Below are positions 1-9,604 of a stretch of DNA of 64,000 nt, piece after piece. The position numbers and the translations under genes were made by a program. Under the pieces are notes generated by a model. The model was not told the DNA's origin. It ran no database searches and saw only the letters and a program-made list of their open reading frames with translations. The DNA is from a virus. The stretch covers positions 96,001 to 160,000 of IMG/VR virus record IMGVR_UViG_3300022752_005671. One strand, given 5' to 3'. Positions within the stretch are counted from its first letter, which is position 1; the number at the start of each line of letters is the position of its first letter.

Positions 1-366
1 TATAACGCACTAGGCCAAGCTATCGATACGACATGGGGAAAATCATCATCTCCTATTGTGAATTCATTTTCAGTAAAAATGTCTTTAGTCGGTCCAGATA
101 TGCTTAAAGTTTCTTATCAAACCGTCGTTAATTTTGCATCAGAACGACAAATGTTACAAGTTAAGTTACAAGAACAAGATTTGTCTTCTAATAACATCAA
201 ATCCGTGCTTGATGCTGTAAAAAATTCTTATAAAGATTTAACAAATAAATCTCTTAAGTTAAAAGAAGTTAGTTCTGGAGATTCTGTGGAAATTATTGGA
301 ATGGCAGTTCATAACCCAAAGAAAACAGCAATTTACAGAAAAAATGTTATGTTTCAAGTAGGATGA
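1..366 (+). CDS. Hypothetical protein upstream of terminase, 5'-truncated by the window edge
   Basis: The frame is open from base 1 (YNALGQAIDTTWGK...), so the GTG at 58 is probably not the true start. It ends at TGA 366, one base before the terminase ATG. Confidence 0.7.
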   Translation, partial: YNALGQAIDTTWGKSSSPIVNSFSVKMSLVGPDMLKVSYQTVVNFASERQMLQVKLQEQDLSSNNIKSVLDAVKNSYKDLTNKSLKLKEVSSGDSVEIIGMAVHNPKKTAIYRKNVMFQVG

Positions 367-367
367 A

Positions 368-2002
368 ATGCAAGAAAAACCGCTGACAAAGCATCAGCAA
401 ATTAATGAAATCGTTAGATGCGGAAAAGATCCTGCATACTTTATAAGAAAGTATGCAAGAATTCAACATCCGCTAAAGGGAACGATACCATTTGATTTAT
501 ATCCTTTTCAAGAAAATTGTCTGGATGATTTTCAAAAGAATCGTTTTAATATAGTTCTAAAATCAAGACAGTTAGGATTATCAACAATTTCTGCTGCATA
601 TGCAGTTTGGTTAGCTATTTTTTATAAGGATAAAAACATTCTTGTAATTGCGACAAAATTAGCTACTGCTCAAAACTTTATTCGTAAAGTTCATGTAATG
701 CTTCAATCGTTACCTAAGTGGCTATTGATGCCAAAATTTGAACCTTCGAAACAGCAAATTTCTTTTAGCAATGGTTCCATCGTTAAAGCAGTTCCTACAT
801 CTGAAGATGCAGGACGCTCAGAATCTCTTTCATTATTGATAGTTGACGAATGTGCATTTATTAGAGATTTTGATACGATATGGACAGGCTTATATCCTAC
901 CCTGACGACTGGAGGTAATGCTATATTAATTTCATCTCCAAATGGTGTCGGAGGTCTTTACTACCGCCTTTGGGTTGAAGCAGAAGCTGGAACGAATGAA
1001 TTTAATCCGATAAGGCTTCCGTGGACTGTGCATCCTGAACATGATGAAGAATGGTTCATTAAAGAAACAAGAAATCTTCCTAAGAAAAAAGTAAGCCAAG
1101 AATATCTTTGCGATTTTATCTCTTCAGGAGATACTTTTTTACAGTCTGAAGATTTAGAAGATTTAAGGTCGTTAGTTAGACATCCCATAGAAAAATCTGG
1201 ATTTGATAGAAACATTTGGATATGGGAACATCCAATCGTTGAAAAAAGATATGTTATTTCAGCTGATGTTTCTAGAGGCGATGCGGCTGATTATTCTGCA
1301 TTTCATATTTTAGATCAAAAAACCTGTGAAGTTGTTGCAGAATACATGGGCAAAATACCTCCTGAAAAATTTGCTGATTTACTATCCGAATGGGGAAAGA
1401 AATACAACAACGCTTTGATTTGTCCAGAAAACAACACGTTCGGATACTTCGTTAACGTTAAGCTTAGAGATACAGGATATCCAAAGTTGTACTATTCTAG
1501 CCACAGAGGAGACCCATTTTCTTATAGTCCAGTTAATCAAGATGAATTACCTGGGTTTCAAACGAATCAAAAATCTAGAGTACAAATTCTTACTAAATTA
1601 GAAGAATTAATCCGTAATAAGACTTTAAAAAGTCATTCTCAAAGGCTTTATGACCAACTACAAGCCTTTATATGGAACGGAAATAAACCAATGGCATCTA
1701 AAGACAGTCATGATGACTTAATCATGAGTCTTGCTATTGGAAGTTGGCTAACGGAAGGCGCACAAGGAACCAATGATTCTGGTTACGCTATGGCCATGGC
1801 AATGTTAAAAGCTACAGGCGTAGCAAGCATTGATGCAAGATCAATTCCAAATAATCCTACATACGCATTAGGTTCAAATTCTAAAAATCAAAGCCAAATC
1901 AATCCTGCAAACGTTTATAAACTTAGAGAATCATCTCAAGTAAAACATTTAGATCCAAAAACGAATCATGGAATGGATGATTTTTCATGGTTGTATAAGT
2001 GA
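368..2002 (+). CDS. terL: Terminase large subunit (T4 gp17-like)
   Basis: Adenine-binding LYPFQ, Walker A region KSRQLGLST, Walker B LLIVDE, C-terminal RNase H-like nuclease motifs ISADVSRG..DYS and HDDLIMS; lies upstream of the portal. Confidence 0.95.
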   Translation: MQEKPLTKHQQINEIVRCGKDPAYFIRKYARIQHPLKGTIPFDLYPFQENCLDDFQKNRFNIVLKSRQLGLSTISAAYAVWLAIFYKDKNILVIATKLATAQNFIRKVHVMLQSLPKWLLMPKFEPSKQQISFSNGSIVKAVPTSEDAGRSESLSLLIVDECAFIRDFDTIWTGLYPTLTTGGNAILISSPNGVGGLYYRLWVEAEAGTNEFNPIRLPWTVHPEHDEEWFIKETRNLPKKKVSQEYLCDFISSGDTFLQSEDLEDLRSLVRHPIEKSGFDRNIWIWEHPIVEKRYVISADVSRGDAADYSAFHILDQKTCEVVAEYMGKIPPEKFADLLSEWGKKYNNALICPENNTFGYFVNVKLRDTGYPKLYYSSHRGDPFSYSPVNQDELPGFQTNQKSRVQILTKLEELIRNKTLKSHSQRLYDQLQAFIWNGNKPMASKDSHDDLIMSLAIGSWLTEGAQGTNDSGYAMAMAMLKATGVASIDARSIPNNPTYALGSNSKNQSQINPANVYKLRESSQVKHLDPKTNHGMDDFSWLYK

Positions 2003-2028
2003 GAGTATACATATAAGCATTCGAGGTA

Positions 2029-2334
2029 ATGAACATGACATTGAGTAAAAAAAAGCTTCAACTTTCTTTGAATGAAGATGCAAAAACTATTTATGAAGGA
2101 TTAAATTCTCAAGAAGCACGAGATTTATTCAAATGCGTTACTGATTTATACGAAGAAGTTAATGAATTTGAGAATTGCGCACCACCTGCTGCCATCGATG
2201 CATTATCTCCTCATTTAAATCATGTTAGAGAAATGCTTGAAATGATGATGCAAAATCCAATGAATTATGTTTCTAACCTTCAAAAAGAAAAGGAAGAATC
2301 CCAAAAAGTTGTATTGAAGCCAACAAAAGCCTGA
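2029..2334 (+). CDS. Hypothetical protein, head module
   Basis: 101-aa ORF with SD-like GAGG, between terminase and portal. Confidence 0.7.
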   Translation: MNMTLSKKKLQLSLNEDAKTIYEGLNSQEARDLFKCVTDLYEEVNEFENCAPPAAIDALSPHLNHVREMLEMMMQNPMNYVSNLQKEKEESQKVVLKPTKA

Positions 2335-2394
2335 TTTTTTTAATCAACTAATAATTTAGGTTTTATAATATTTGATTGAAGGTTAAGACTAAAA

Positions 2395-4341
2395 GTGTCA
2401 AAAGAAAATCAAAATTTATTTCAACGATTGAGCCGTTTGTTTAAAAGCGGTCCTGTAGTAAAGCGTAAAGTAAAATCGATTGATACTACAATTGCAGTCG
2501 CTGACAAGACCAAATCTTCTGGTGCTCTTCTTTTCCAAAGATCTACATCTCCAACTTACTCTGTAATAACTGCAAATTCTTATAATCTCTCAGAACGTTT
2601 GATGAGATATCAAGATTTCCAAGAAATGGAATATACTGCAGAAATTGCAGCTGCTATGGACATCTATGCTGACGAAACAGTTGCACAAGATGATAAAGGA
2701 AGGGTTCTTCACGTTTATTCTGATGATGAAAAAATTAGAGATATTTTAGAAGATCTTTTCTACAACGTTTTGAATGTAGAATTTAATCTTCGATCTTGGG
2801 CTCGTAACCTTGTCAAATATGGCGACTTTTTTCTCTATAATGATGTTTCACCAACGCAAGGCGTAATTCATGCTTTCCCAATCCCAGTAAATGAAATTGA
2901 ACGTGAAGAGAATTATGATAGAGAAGATCCATTTGCGGTTCGTTATCGATGGTCAACTCTTGGGAACAGAACATTAGAAAATTGGGAAGTTACGCATTTC
3001 CGTCTTTTAGGAAATGATATGTTTCTTCCTTATGGATCATCGCTAATCGAACCAGCTAGAAGGATTTGGAGACAGTTAATTCTTCTAGAGGATGCAATGT
3101 TGGTTTATCGTGTTGTTCGCGCTCCTGAACGCCGTGTGTTTTATATTGACGTTGCTAATATTCCTCCTGAAAACGTTCCAATGTATGTTGAGGAACAACG
3201 AAAGAATCTTCGTACAAATCAAGTAATTGACAGAAATACTGGAAGAGTAGATTTAAGGTATTCTCCTCTAAGCGTTGAAGATGATTACTTCATTCCAGTC
3301 AGAGGCGGAGAATCAGGTACAAGAATTGATACTTTGGCCGGCGGCCAAAATGCTGCAACCGTTGAAGACGTTCAATATATGCAAAAGAAATTATTTGCAG
3401 CATTAAAAGTTCCAAGAGCTTATCTAGGATATGATGAGATGTTGTCTTCTAAGGCAACATTAGCTCAAGAAGATATTCGCTTTTCTCGTACAATAAGCGT
3501 TATTCAAAAAACTCTTATTTCTGAATTAAATAAATTAGCAATCATTCATTTATATTCTCATGGATATGACGGCGAAGAATTGCAAAATTTTACATTAAGG
3601 CTATCTAATCCTTCTACTATAGCGCAGCAACAAAAGCTTGAATTATGGAAATCTAAATTTGAAATTGGAGGATCTCTTCCAGAAGGAATGGGAAGTAAAA
3701 GATTCGTTCAAAAAGAAATTTGGGGTCTTAATGACGATCAAATTGATGAAATTAACGATCAAAGACTTAAAGAGAAAGTTACAGATCTTGGAATTGAAGG
3801 AGCGACCGCAGAAGCTGGAGAAGCTAGTCCCGAACAACCAGCAGCAGAAGAACCAGCTGCCGGAGAAGAAGCAGGAGGCGAAGAAGCCTCGGCCGGCGAA
3901 GATTTATTTGCAAATGATGACGTTAGCGATGATGCTTCTTCAAACTCAAAGCTTTTGATGTCAAGCAATATTGATGATGACGTTTTGCCAAGCATTGATG
4001 AAAAAGATTCAGCCCCAGTAAAGCCGAATGCTTATTCAAAAAAATACGCTTATAATCGTAAACGCCGCAGAGTGCAAAAGCACATACCAGATTTTAATAC
4101 TATGTTAAGTTCAAAAAACTCTTCATTATCTGATCCTCATGACAAAAACTGGATGAAGAGTTTGGTTAGCAATCCATTTGGAGAATCGGTAGATTTATCT
4201 AATGTGAGAAGTTCGCCTCCTCCTCTTTCTCCAAACATGATATCAACTTTAAAAAAGATGTCTAATACTTTCGGTATCGTTTCTAAAAAAGAAGGATTAT
4301 TAACTGAATCTGAAGAAATAGATATTGAAGTTAAAGAATGA
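2395..4341 (+). CDS. Portal protein (T4 gp20-like) with acidic C-terminal extension
   Basis: gp20-type motifs: EIAAAMDIYADE, LVKYGDFF, LLEDAMLVYRVVRAPERRVFYIDV, EDDYFIPVRGG..GTRIDTL.GG, ALKVPRAYL. GTG start. Confidence 0.95.
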   Translation: MSKENQNLFQRLSRLFKSGPVVKRKVKSIDTTIAVADKTKSSGALLFQRSTSPTYSVITANSYNLSERLMRYQDFQEMEYTAEIAAAMDIYADETVAQDDKGRVLHVYSDDEKIRDILEDLFYNVLNVEFNLRSWARNLVKYGDFFLYNDVSPTQGVIHAFPIPVNEIEREENYDREDPFAVRYRWSTLGNRTLENWEVTHFRLLGNDMFLPYGSSLIEPARRIWRQLILLEDAMLVYRVVRAPERRVFYIDVANIPPENVPMYVEEQRKNLRTNQVIDRNTGRVDLRYSPLSVEDDYFIPVRGGESGTRIDTLAGGQNAATVEDVQYMQKKLFAALKVPRAYLGYDEMLSSKATLAQEDIRFSRTISVIQKTLISELNKLAIIHLYSHGYDGEELQNFTLRLSNPSTIAQQQKLELWKSKFEIGGSLPEGMGSKRFVQKEIWGLNDDQIDEINDQRLKEKVTDLGIEGATAEAGEASPEQPAAEEPAAGEEAGGEEASAGEDLFANDDVSDDASSNSKLLMSSNIDDDVLPSIDEKDSAPVKPNAYSKKYAYNRKRRRVQKHIPDFNTMLSSKNSSLSDPHDKNWMKSLVSNPFGESVDLSNVRSSPPPLSPNMISTLKKMSNTFGIVSKKEGLLTESEEIDIEVKE

Positions 4342-4416
4342 TTAAAAAATTTTTAATTTCCTAATTGTATTATATTATTTATTTTTTATAACCACTAAAG
4401 AAAGGATCTGACCTTA

Positions 4417-5274
4417 ATGTCGGTTCATAATAAAAAAAGAAATACTGGTTTGTTATACGAATTTTTAATAAAGACGATATCACAAGCCTTAGTAGATGAT
4501 GATAAGAAAAAATCTTCAAAAGCATTGAAGATCGTAAAAACGTATTTCAAACCAGGAACAGAACTTTATAAAGAGTTTCGTTTAATAAACTCAATTATAA
4601 AGACAACAGTTAGTTCAGAAGCTGTAGCTGCTTCGATATTAAATGAAGCAAAGTTAGCTGCAAGATCTCATGATTTAAATGAACTTGATAAAGAAAAATC
4701 TTTATTAATTAGATCAATAAATCATCAATTAAATGATGATCATTTTTATGACCAACATATCTCAGAATATAAAACTTTTGCTACTGTTCAAAACTTACTA
4801 AACGATTGGAGATCAAAATCCCCTGATCTTTCTCGGATGGCATCATATGAAGATCAAATCGTTAATTGGCTTGTGACCGCGAAACAAGAGAAAAGTGATC
4901 ACATTGTTGTTGAAGGATCGCAAGGTTCAAATAGACTATTAATGAAGATCATGATGAAGAAGCTTGGAGAGAAATATGATAATTCTCTTACAAATGAGCA
5001 AAAATCTTTAATAAAAGCATACGCGTTTTCATCAGCAAATGATGATAATAAAACAATTTTATTAAAAATTAAAGAAATTAAAGAAAAGCTTATTAATTCA
5101 ATAAATTCTTATCTTTTAGAAAACTCTAAGAGCGAAAAATATCTATCAGATAAGTTAAATGAAGTGAAATCTAATTTGCTTGTTGATCATGAACAAGTAA
5201 ATGACTCTATTGTTGCTGAATATATGTTATACATCAAATTAATTGATGAATTGTCAGGAGGAGAAAATGTCTGA
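4417..5274 (+). CDS. Hypothetical head-module protein between portal and protease
   Basis: 285-aa helical ORF with an AAGGA SD; its stop overlaps the protease start. Confidence 0.75.
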   Translation: MSVHNKKRNTGLLYEFLIKTISQALVDDDKKKSSKALKIVKTYFKPGTELYKEFRLINSIIKTTVSSEAVAASILNEAKLAARSHDLNELDKEKSLLIRSINHQLNDDHFYDQHISEYKTFATVQNLLNDWRSKSPDLSRMASYEDQIVNWLVTAKQEKSDHIVVEGSQGSNRLLMKIMMKKLGEKYDNSLTNEQKSLIKAYAFSSANDDNKTILLKIKEIKEKLINSINSYLLENSKSEKYLSDKLNEVKSNLLVDHEQVNDSIVAEYMLYIKLIDELSGGENV

Positions 5275-5878
5275 TTTAAGATTAATTAACTCGTATCAGG
5301 TTTTTGATTATACTCCTGAACAAATTAAAGAAGCAAAAGAAGAAAATTCTGGTAAAGTCGTGATGAAAGGTGTTTTACAAAAATCAGATACCTTGAATCA
5401 AAATGGCAGAATTTATCCTCGTAACGTTTTGGAACGTGAAGTTCGTAACTATCAAAAGTTTATCATCGAAAATCGTGCATTAGGTGAATTAGACCACCCA
5501 GATTCTTCTGTTGTTAATCTTAAGAATGTTTCTCACATTGTAAGAGAAGCATATCTTGATGGTGATGTAGTTTATGGATCTGTAGAAATACTGGACACAC
5601 CTTCTGGAAAAATATTACAATCTCTCGTTGAGTCAGGAGTGAAACTTGGAATTTCTTCTAGAGGAGTAGGAACGACAAAAAAGCAAGGCGACTATCAAAT
5701 AGTTCAAGACGATTTTCAATTAATTTGTTGGGACTTCGTTTCTGAACCTTCTACACCAGGAGCATTCATGATGGCAGAAGGAAGACAAATTAATCCAGAT
5801 GAATTACAAAGAGTATTCACAAAATCGGATAGAATTGATAGAATACTCAATGATATTCTTACTTCGAAAGGTAAATGA
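5267..5878 (+). CDS. Prohead maturation protease (T4 gp21-like)
   Basis: NQNGRIYP, catalytic-His motif ALGELDHP, catalytic-Ser motif LGISSRG, DFVSEPSTPGA. Start moved to ATG 5267, which follows a GGAGGAG SD. Confidence 0.95.
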   Translation: MSDLRLINSYQVFDYTPEQIKEAKEENSGKVVMKGVLQKSDTLNQNGRIYPRNVLEREVRNYQKFIIENRALGELDHPDSSVVNLKNVSHIVREAYLDGDVVYGSVEILDTPSGKILQSLVESGVKLGISSRGVGTTKKQGDYQIVQDDFQLICWDFVSEPSTPGAFMMAEGRQINPDELQRVFTKSDRIDRILNDILTSKGK

Positions 5879-6288
5879 ACATGGGAATGAATGATCCAAG
5901 AATTGGTTTTAATTCAGTTACTGAATTCATGGGGTCTGGACTTCCATGGGTGTTATCAGAGACTATATCAAGCACTGTTGTACAACATTCATTTGAAAAG
6001 GTTACAAAACATATAAAGATAAGAAATCATGCAGCTGATGGAGTCTATGTTAGATTAGGTTTTACTAGAAATGGAATTAACGGCGTCGGCGCAAATTATT
6101 ATTATAAAATAAACGGTCAAGAAACTTTAGAGCTTGACGCAAGAGTAAAAGAAATATTTCTTTTAAGAGATGCAGCGACCGATTGTGCAGTCAGCGTATA
6201 TGTCGAGTTGGTTGGTATTGATGCTTCAATGATGCCAGTTTTGACAGGATCAGTTGGCGGCACGGCATTCTGGGAAGGTGTTGGTTGA
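5875..6288 (+). CDS. Hypothetical protein, probably virion-associated
   Basis: Beta-rich 137-aa ORF overlapping the protease stop. Confidence 0.7.
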   Translation: MNMGMNDPRIGFNSVTEFMGSGLPWVLSETISSTVVQHSFEKVTKHIKIRNHAADGVYVRLGFTRNGINGVGANYYYKINGQETLELDARVKEIFLLRDAATDCAVSVYVELVGIDASMMPVLTGSVGGTAFWEGVG

Positions 6289-6291
6289 CAT

Positions 6292-6711
6292 ATGGGAATT
6301 ACTAAAGGACAATTAAAAGCTATTGTTAAAGAATGTCTTGTGGAGATTCTTGCTGAAGGAATTGGTTCTTCTAATAAATCTTCAATTCAAGAATCTTCTA
6401 CTAAGACTCAAAAAATGCAAGAAAAAGTTGTATCTCCCCGTAGAGGAGAACATGTTAAGTACAGCAAAACCATTGCCGAGACAATTAAACGTGAATCTAA
6501 TGGTAATTCAGTAATGGAGTCAATCTTTGCAGATACGGCAGCAAACACTTTGCCAATTATGTTAAATGAATCGCAACATGCTCAACCATTGGCACCTGCT
6601 AGCTCTATAGAAGGTGCAGTAGCAAGAAGTACCCCAGAACAGTTATTCGGAAATGACGTTGCTTCTAAGTGGGCTGAATTAGCATTTTCTGAAACGCCAA
6701 AGAAATTTTAA
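6292..6711 (+). CDS. Hypothetical head protein with ITKxQLKxIVKE N-terminal motif
   Basis: Compact ORF in the head operon; begins MGITKGQLKAIVKE. Confidence 0.7.
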   Translation: MGITKGQLKAIVKECLVEILAEGIGSSNKSSIQESSTKTQKMQEKVVSPRRGEHVKYSKTIAETIKRESNGNSVMESIFADTAANTLPIMLNESQHAQPLAPASSIEGAVARSTPEQLFGNDVASKWAELAFSETPKKF

Positions 6712-6765
6712 TTTTTTTTTTAGTAACAATAATTAAAGTATATATATTTGCACGAGGTTTATATC

Positions 6766-7068
6766 ATGAAGCTTACATCAACAGTATTAAAGAGAATTAT
6801 TGCAGAAGAAGTTGCCAAAATCAAGGAAGCAAAACTTTTTGGTGACATGGAATCTACAGAGGATGCAGCAAAGGACGCAGAAGAAGTTGATGCTGATGAA
6901 TATGCAGATTCTCTCGAGCATCATGTAGATCACTATAAGGCTCTTGGATTAGAAGAAGCTCGTTTAGTCAAGAGACTTTCTCAAATTCAAGAAGCAAAGA
7001 AAAAAGTTGCAAAAAAAGTTGTTGCAAAGAAAGCAGCAGCAAAAAAAGCACCAAAAAAGTCAAAGTGA
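6766..7068 (+). CDS. Small head protein with acidic core and Lys/Ala-rich histone-H1-like tail
   Basis: ATG 6766 after a GAGG SD; begins MKLTSTVLKRIIAEE and ends KKVAKKVVAKKAAAKKAPKKSK. Confidence 0.75.
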   Translation: MKLTSTVLKRIIAEEVAKIKEAKLFGDMESTEDAAKDAEEVDADEYADSLEHHVDHYKALGLEEARLVKRLSQIQEAKKKVAKKVVAKKAAAKKAPKKSK

Positions 7069-7110
7069 TTTGATTATTTGTTTTTGTAGATTTTTATAGG
7101 AGGAAATGAC

Positions 7111-7605
7111 ATGGCTGGTCAAGGAAAATATACAGTTTATGCCCCACCGAGCAATGAAAAGAACAACTTGCTAGCAAAGTTATTTCCAAGCTCACCTACT
7201 TCAGGATTTGTTGGTAAAGAAGAAGATTATAAAAAAATCATTCTAAACCAAGGAAATTTGGTTCTTAAGAACGGATTACAACCTGGAGATTCATACTTCG
7301 GAACAGGAGTGAACATGGATTTTGCCGGCGCGCCAGATATCATCAAAGGTGCCGACGGTTTGTGGAAACAAGCTGGAGACCCAGCAAATTCGTTCGCTCC
7401 TGATTTGTCATCACCTGGACCAGGAAAGACAGATGGAACTGACAAGAGCGCTGATCCTGGATTAAAGGCAGTCGATCTTAAGCCAACTTATGTGCCAGGC
7501 GGTCCAAACACTGGAACTAGAAATCCAGCAGATTTTGCGAAGAAGATTGCAGCACAAACTTTAGGAGTCCAAACGAAGATGGGCTCTTCAGATTCTACTG
7601 GTTGA
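7111..7605 (+). CDS. Hypothetical Gly/Pro-rich head-module protein
   Basis: Strong AGGAGG SD; sits directly upstream of the scaffold gene. Confidence 0.75.
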   Translation: MAGQGKYTVYAPPSNEKNNLLAKLFPSSPTSGFVGKEEDYKKIILNQGNLVLKNGLQPGDSYFGTGVNMDFAGAPDIIKGADGLWKQAGDPANSFAPDLSSPGPGKTDGTDKSADPGLKAVDLKPTYVPGGPNTGTRNPADFAKKIAAQTLGVQTKMGSSDSTG

Positions 7606-7620
7606 TTGCGGAGATAAAAA

Positions 7621-9552
7621 ATGTCAAAAGAACTATACGAAGAAGCTATTGCTGATTTAAAGAAAGTAAAAGAAGTTGCAGAGGATAATGCAAAACGTGC
7701 AATCGTTGAAGCTGTAGCTCCTCGTATAAGAGAACTAATAGAAAAAGAATTATTAGGCGAAGCAGCCGATGAAGGTATGGGTTGCGAATCTGATGAAGAT
7801 GAAGAAAAGCCTGATAAGATTTTGACAGATAAAAAGCCCGCTGATTCTTCTGAAGAATCAAACGAATCTACAGTTTCCATGGAGACAGTCACTAACGAAG
7901 TTGACGAAACTCTAAACGTAGAAGAAGCTGTTGAAAAAGTTGTTTCGACATCTTCTCCGGATGGAATAGATGAGGTAGAACAAAAATTACTCTACATTGA
8001 AAGAATGTTAGGCAAACTTACATCAACATCAACACGTTTGTCTGAATCAAACGCATTTAACCTTAGTTTAATTAATTTAAATGAAATGGTTGAAGCTATA
8101 TACGGATATATTCAAGAAAATGTAGAGGATCCTAATGTCAGATTAGGGTATGGATTAAAATTAAGAAAGTGTTTAACCAAACTTGAAAAACTTCAGGAGA
8201 CAAAAATGAATCGAGATCTTTTAAATGAAGAAGACGTTGCTTTAACAATCACAGGACTCCCAGATGATCTTGATCTTGAGGGTCTTGGAGTTACTCTACA
8301 AAAAGGTGAAGAGGGAGAAGAAGCTCCTGAAGGCGAAGAAGCCGAAGCCCCCGAAGGAGAAGAAGAAGCTCCTGAAGGTGGTGAAGGTGAAGAAGCCTTA
8401 GCCGGTGAAGAAGATATGCTCGGTGGCGAGGACGAAGTCGGCAAGAAAGAAGAATCTCTCAATCTTAGCGATGATATGTTAGTTGAGATTGATGAGAACA
8501 TGCTCCGTCGCGAAATTGCAAAGATGAAAGCGCTTCGTGAAGCTCATGATGAATCACATGATGTTCAAGCTTGGGGTCACGGTGCCGGCGAAGTTTCTGA
8601 TGAATTTGTTGAGGACGACATGGGAGAACCTCTCGAATTAGATCTATCTGAAGCTTTGGCTGAGCTTGATGGTGCAGCATCTCAAGGAACTCCTGCAGAG
8701 CTTGAAGATTATGCAGCAGAAGCTTCTGAAGTTGACGAAATGGAAGAAGTCGACGAAATGTATGAAGTTGATGAAATGGATGATGCGCATGAAGCTAAAG
8801 TTGGTCATGCTCAACTCGAAGTTGACGTTGATGAAGAACTTGAAGAAGTCATGAGCCAAGCAAAAGATTCTGAGGAACATAATACCAAAGGTAAGAATGT
8901 TCAATCAAGACAACCAGAATCAGTTCAAACAGAATCCATTCGTAAAGAAATGGCCAAAGAGCTTAAGCTTCAAGAGGTGCTTCGTAAACGCGCTTCTGAA
9001 TTAAAGAAGCTCTATGAAGCAACAAAGAAAGTTGCAACTAAGTCTTCAACACTTGTTGAGACAAAGAAAGCGGCAGCACATGGTGCAAAAATCAAGACTG
9101 CATACGCTGAAACAGCTGAACTCTACAACGGTTCAGTAACTAGATTTAATAAGCTTTCACGAGCCTTGTCAGAAAGTGCTCGTAAGAACGTTCGCTCAAA
9201 TAGCAACGTCACACCTGCTGCTAGCGCGGGAACAGATACGCTAAGCAAGAAGTTGGCAGAAACGAATCTGCTCAACGCTAAGCTTCTCTTCACAAATAAG
9301 CTCCTTCAAACAGAGTCGCTCACAGCTCGCCAAAAGGCACAAATAATTGAGCAACTTGATGGAGCAGAAACAGTTCGTGAAGCAAAGCTTGTGTACGAGA
9401 GCCTTTCAAAGGCTTTAGTGAAGACTCGTACGACTGTGACCGAAGGTCGCGTTCTAGGATCATCTTCACAAGCTACACGTCCAGCTTCAACCCAAACACT
9501 CAACGAAGGGTTTGAAGCAGAGCGTTGGGCAAAACTCGCCGGAATCAAGTGA
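7621..9552 (+). CDS. Prohead core/scaffolding protein (functional gp22 analogue)
   Basis: Very acidic, low-complexity, coiled-coil-like protein immediately upstream of the major capsid gene; GGAG SD; many [LIV]-x-E motifs. Confidence 0.75.
   Translation: MSKELYEEAIADLKKVKEVAEDNAKRAIVEAVAPRIRELIEKELLGEAADEGMGCESDEDEEKPDKILTDKKPADSSEESNESTVSMETVTNEVDETLNVEEAVEKVVSTSSPDGIDEVEQKLLYIERMLGKLTSTSTRLSESNAFNLSLINLNEMVEAIYGYIQENVEDPNVRLGYGLKLRKCLTKLEKLQETKMNRDLLNEEDVALTITGLPDDLDLEGLGVTLQKGEEGEEAPEGEEAEAPEGEEEAPEGGEGEEALAGEEDMLGGEDEVGKKEESLNLSDDMLVEIDENMLRREIAKMKALREAHDESHDVQAWGHGAGEVSDEFVEDDMGEPLELDLSEALAELDGAASQGTPAELEDYAAEASEVDEMEEVDEMYEVDEMDDAHEAKVGHAQLEVDVDEELEEVMSQAKDSEEHNTKGKNVQSRQPESVQTESIRKEMAKELKLQEVLRKRASELKKLYEATKKVATKSSTLVETKKAAAHGAKIKTAYAETAELYNGSVTRFNKLSRALSESARKNVRSNSNVTPAASAGTDTLSKKLAETNLLNAKLLFTNKLLQTESLTARQKAQIIEQLDGAETVREAKLVYESLSKALVKTRTTVTEGRVLGSSSQATRPASTQTLNEGFEAERWAKLAGIK
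8728..8781 (+). repeat. Three 18-nt imperfect tandem repeats encoding EVDEMx
   Basis: gaagttgacgaaatggaa / gaagtcgacgaaatgtat / gaagttgatgaaatggat. Confidence 0.8.
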
Positions 9553-9604
9553 TTCTCGAGTTAACAACTTTTAACAACTTTTTGATACGCACAGGAGAAA
9601 AACA

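Noticed and set aside
560-590. Terminase Walker A reads KSRQLGLST, lacking the Lys of T4's SRQLGKT
   Set aside because: An upstream Lys is present and Walker B and the nuclease motifs are intact; I recall similar variants in large-phage terminases, so this is not evidence of inactivation.
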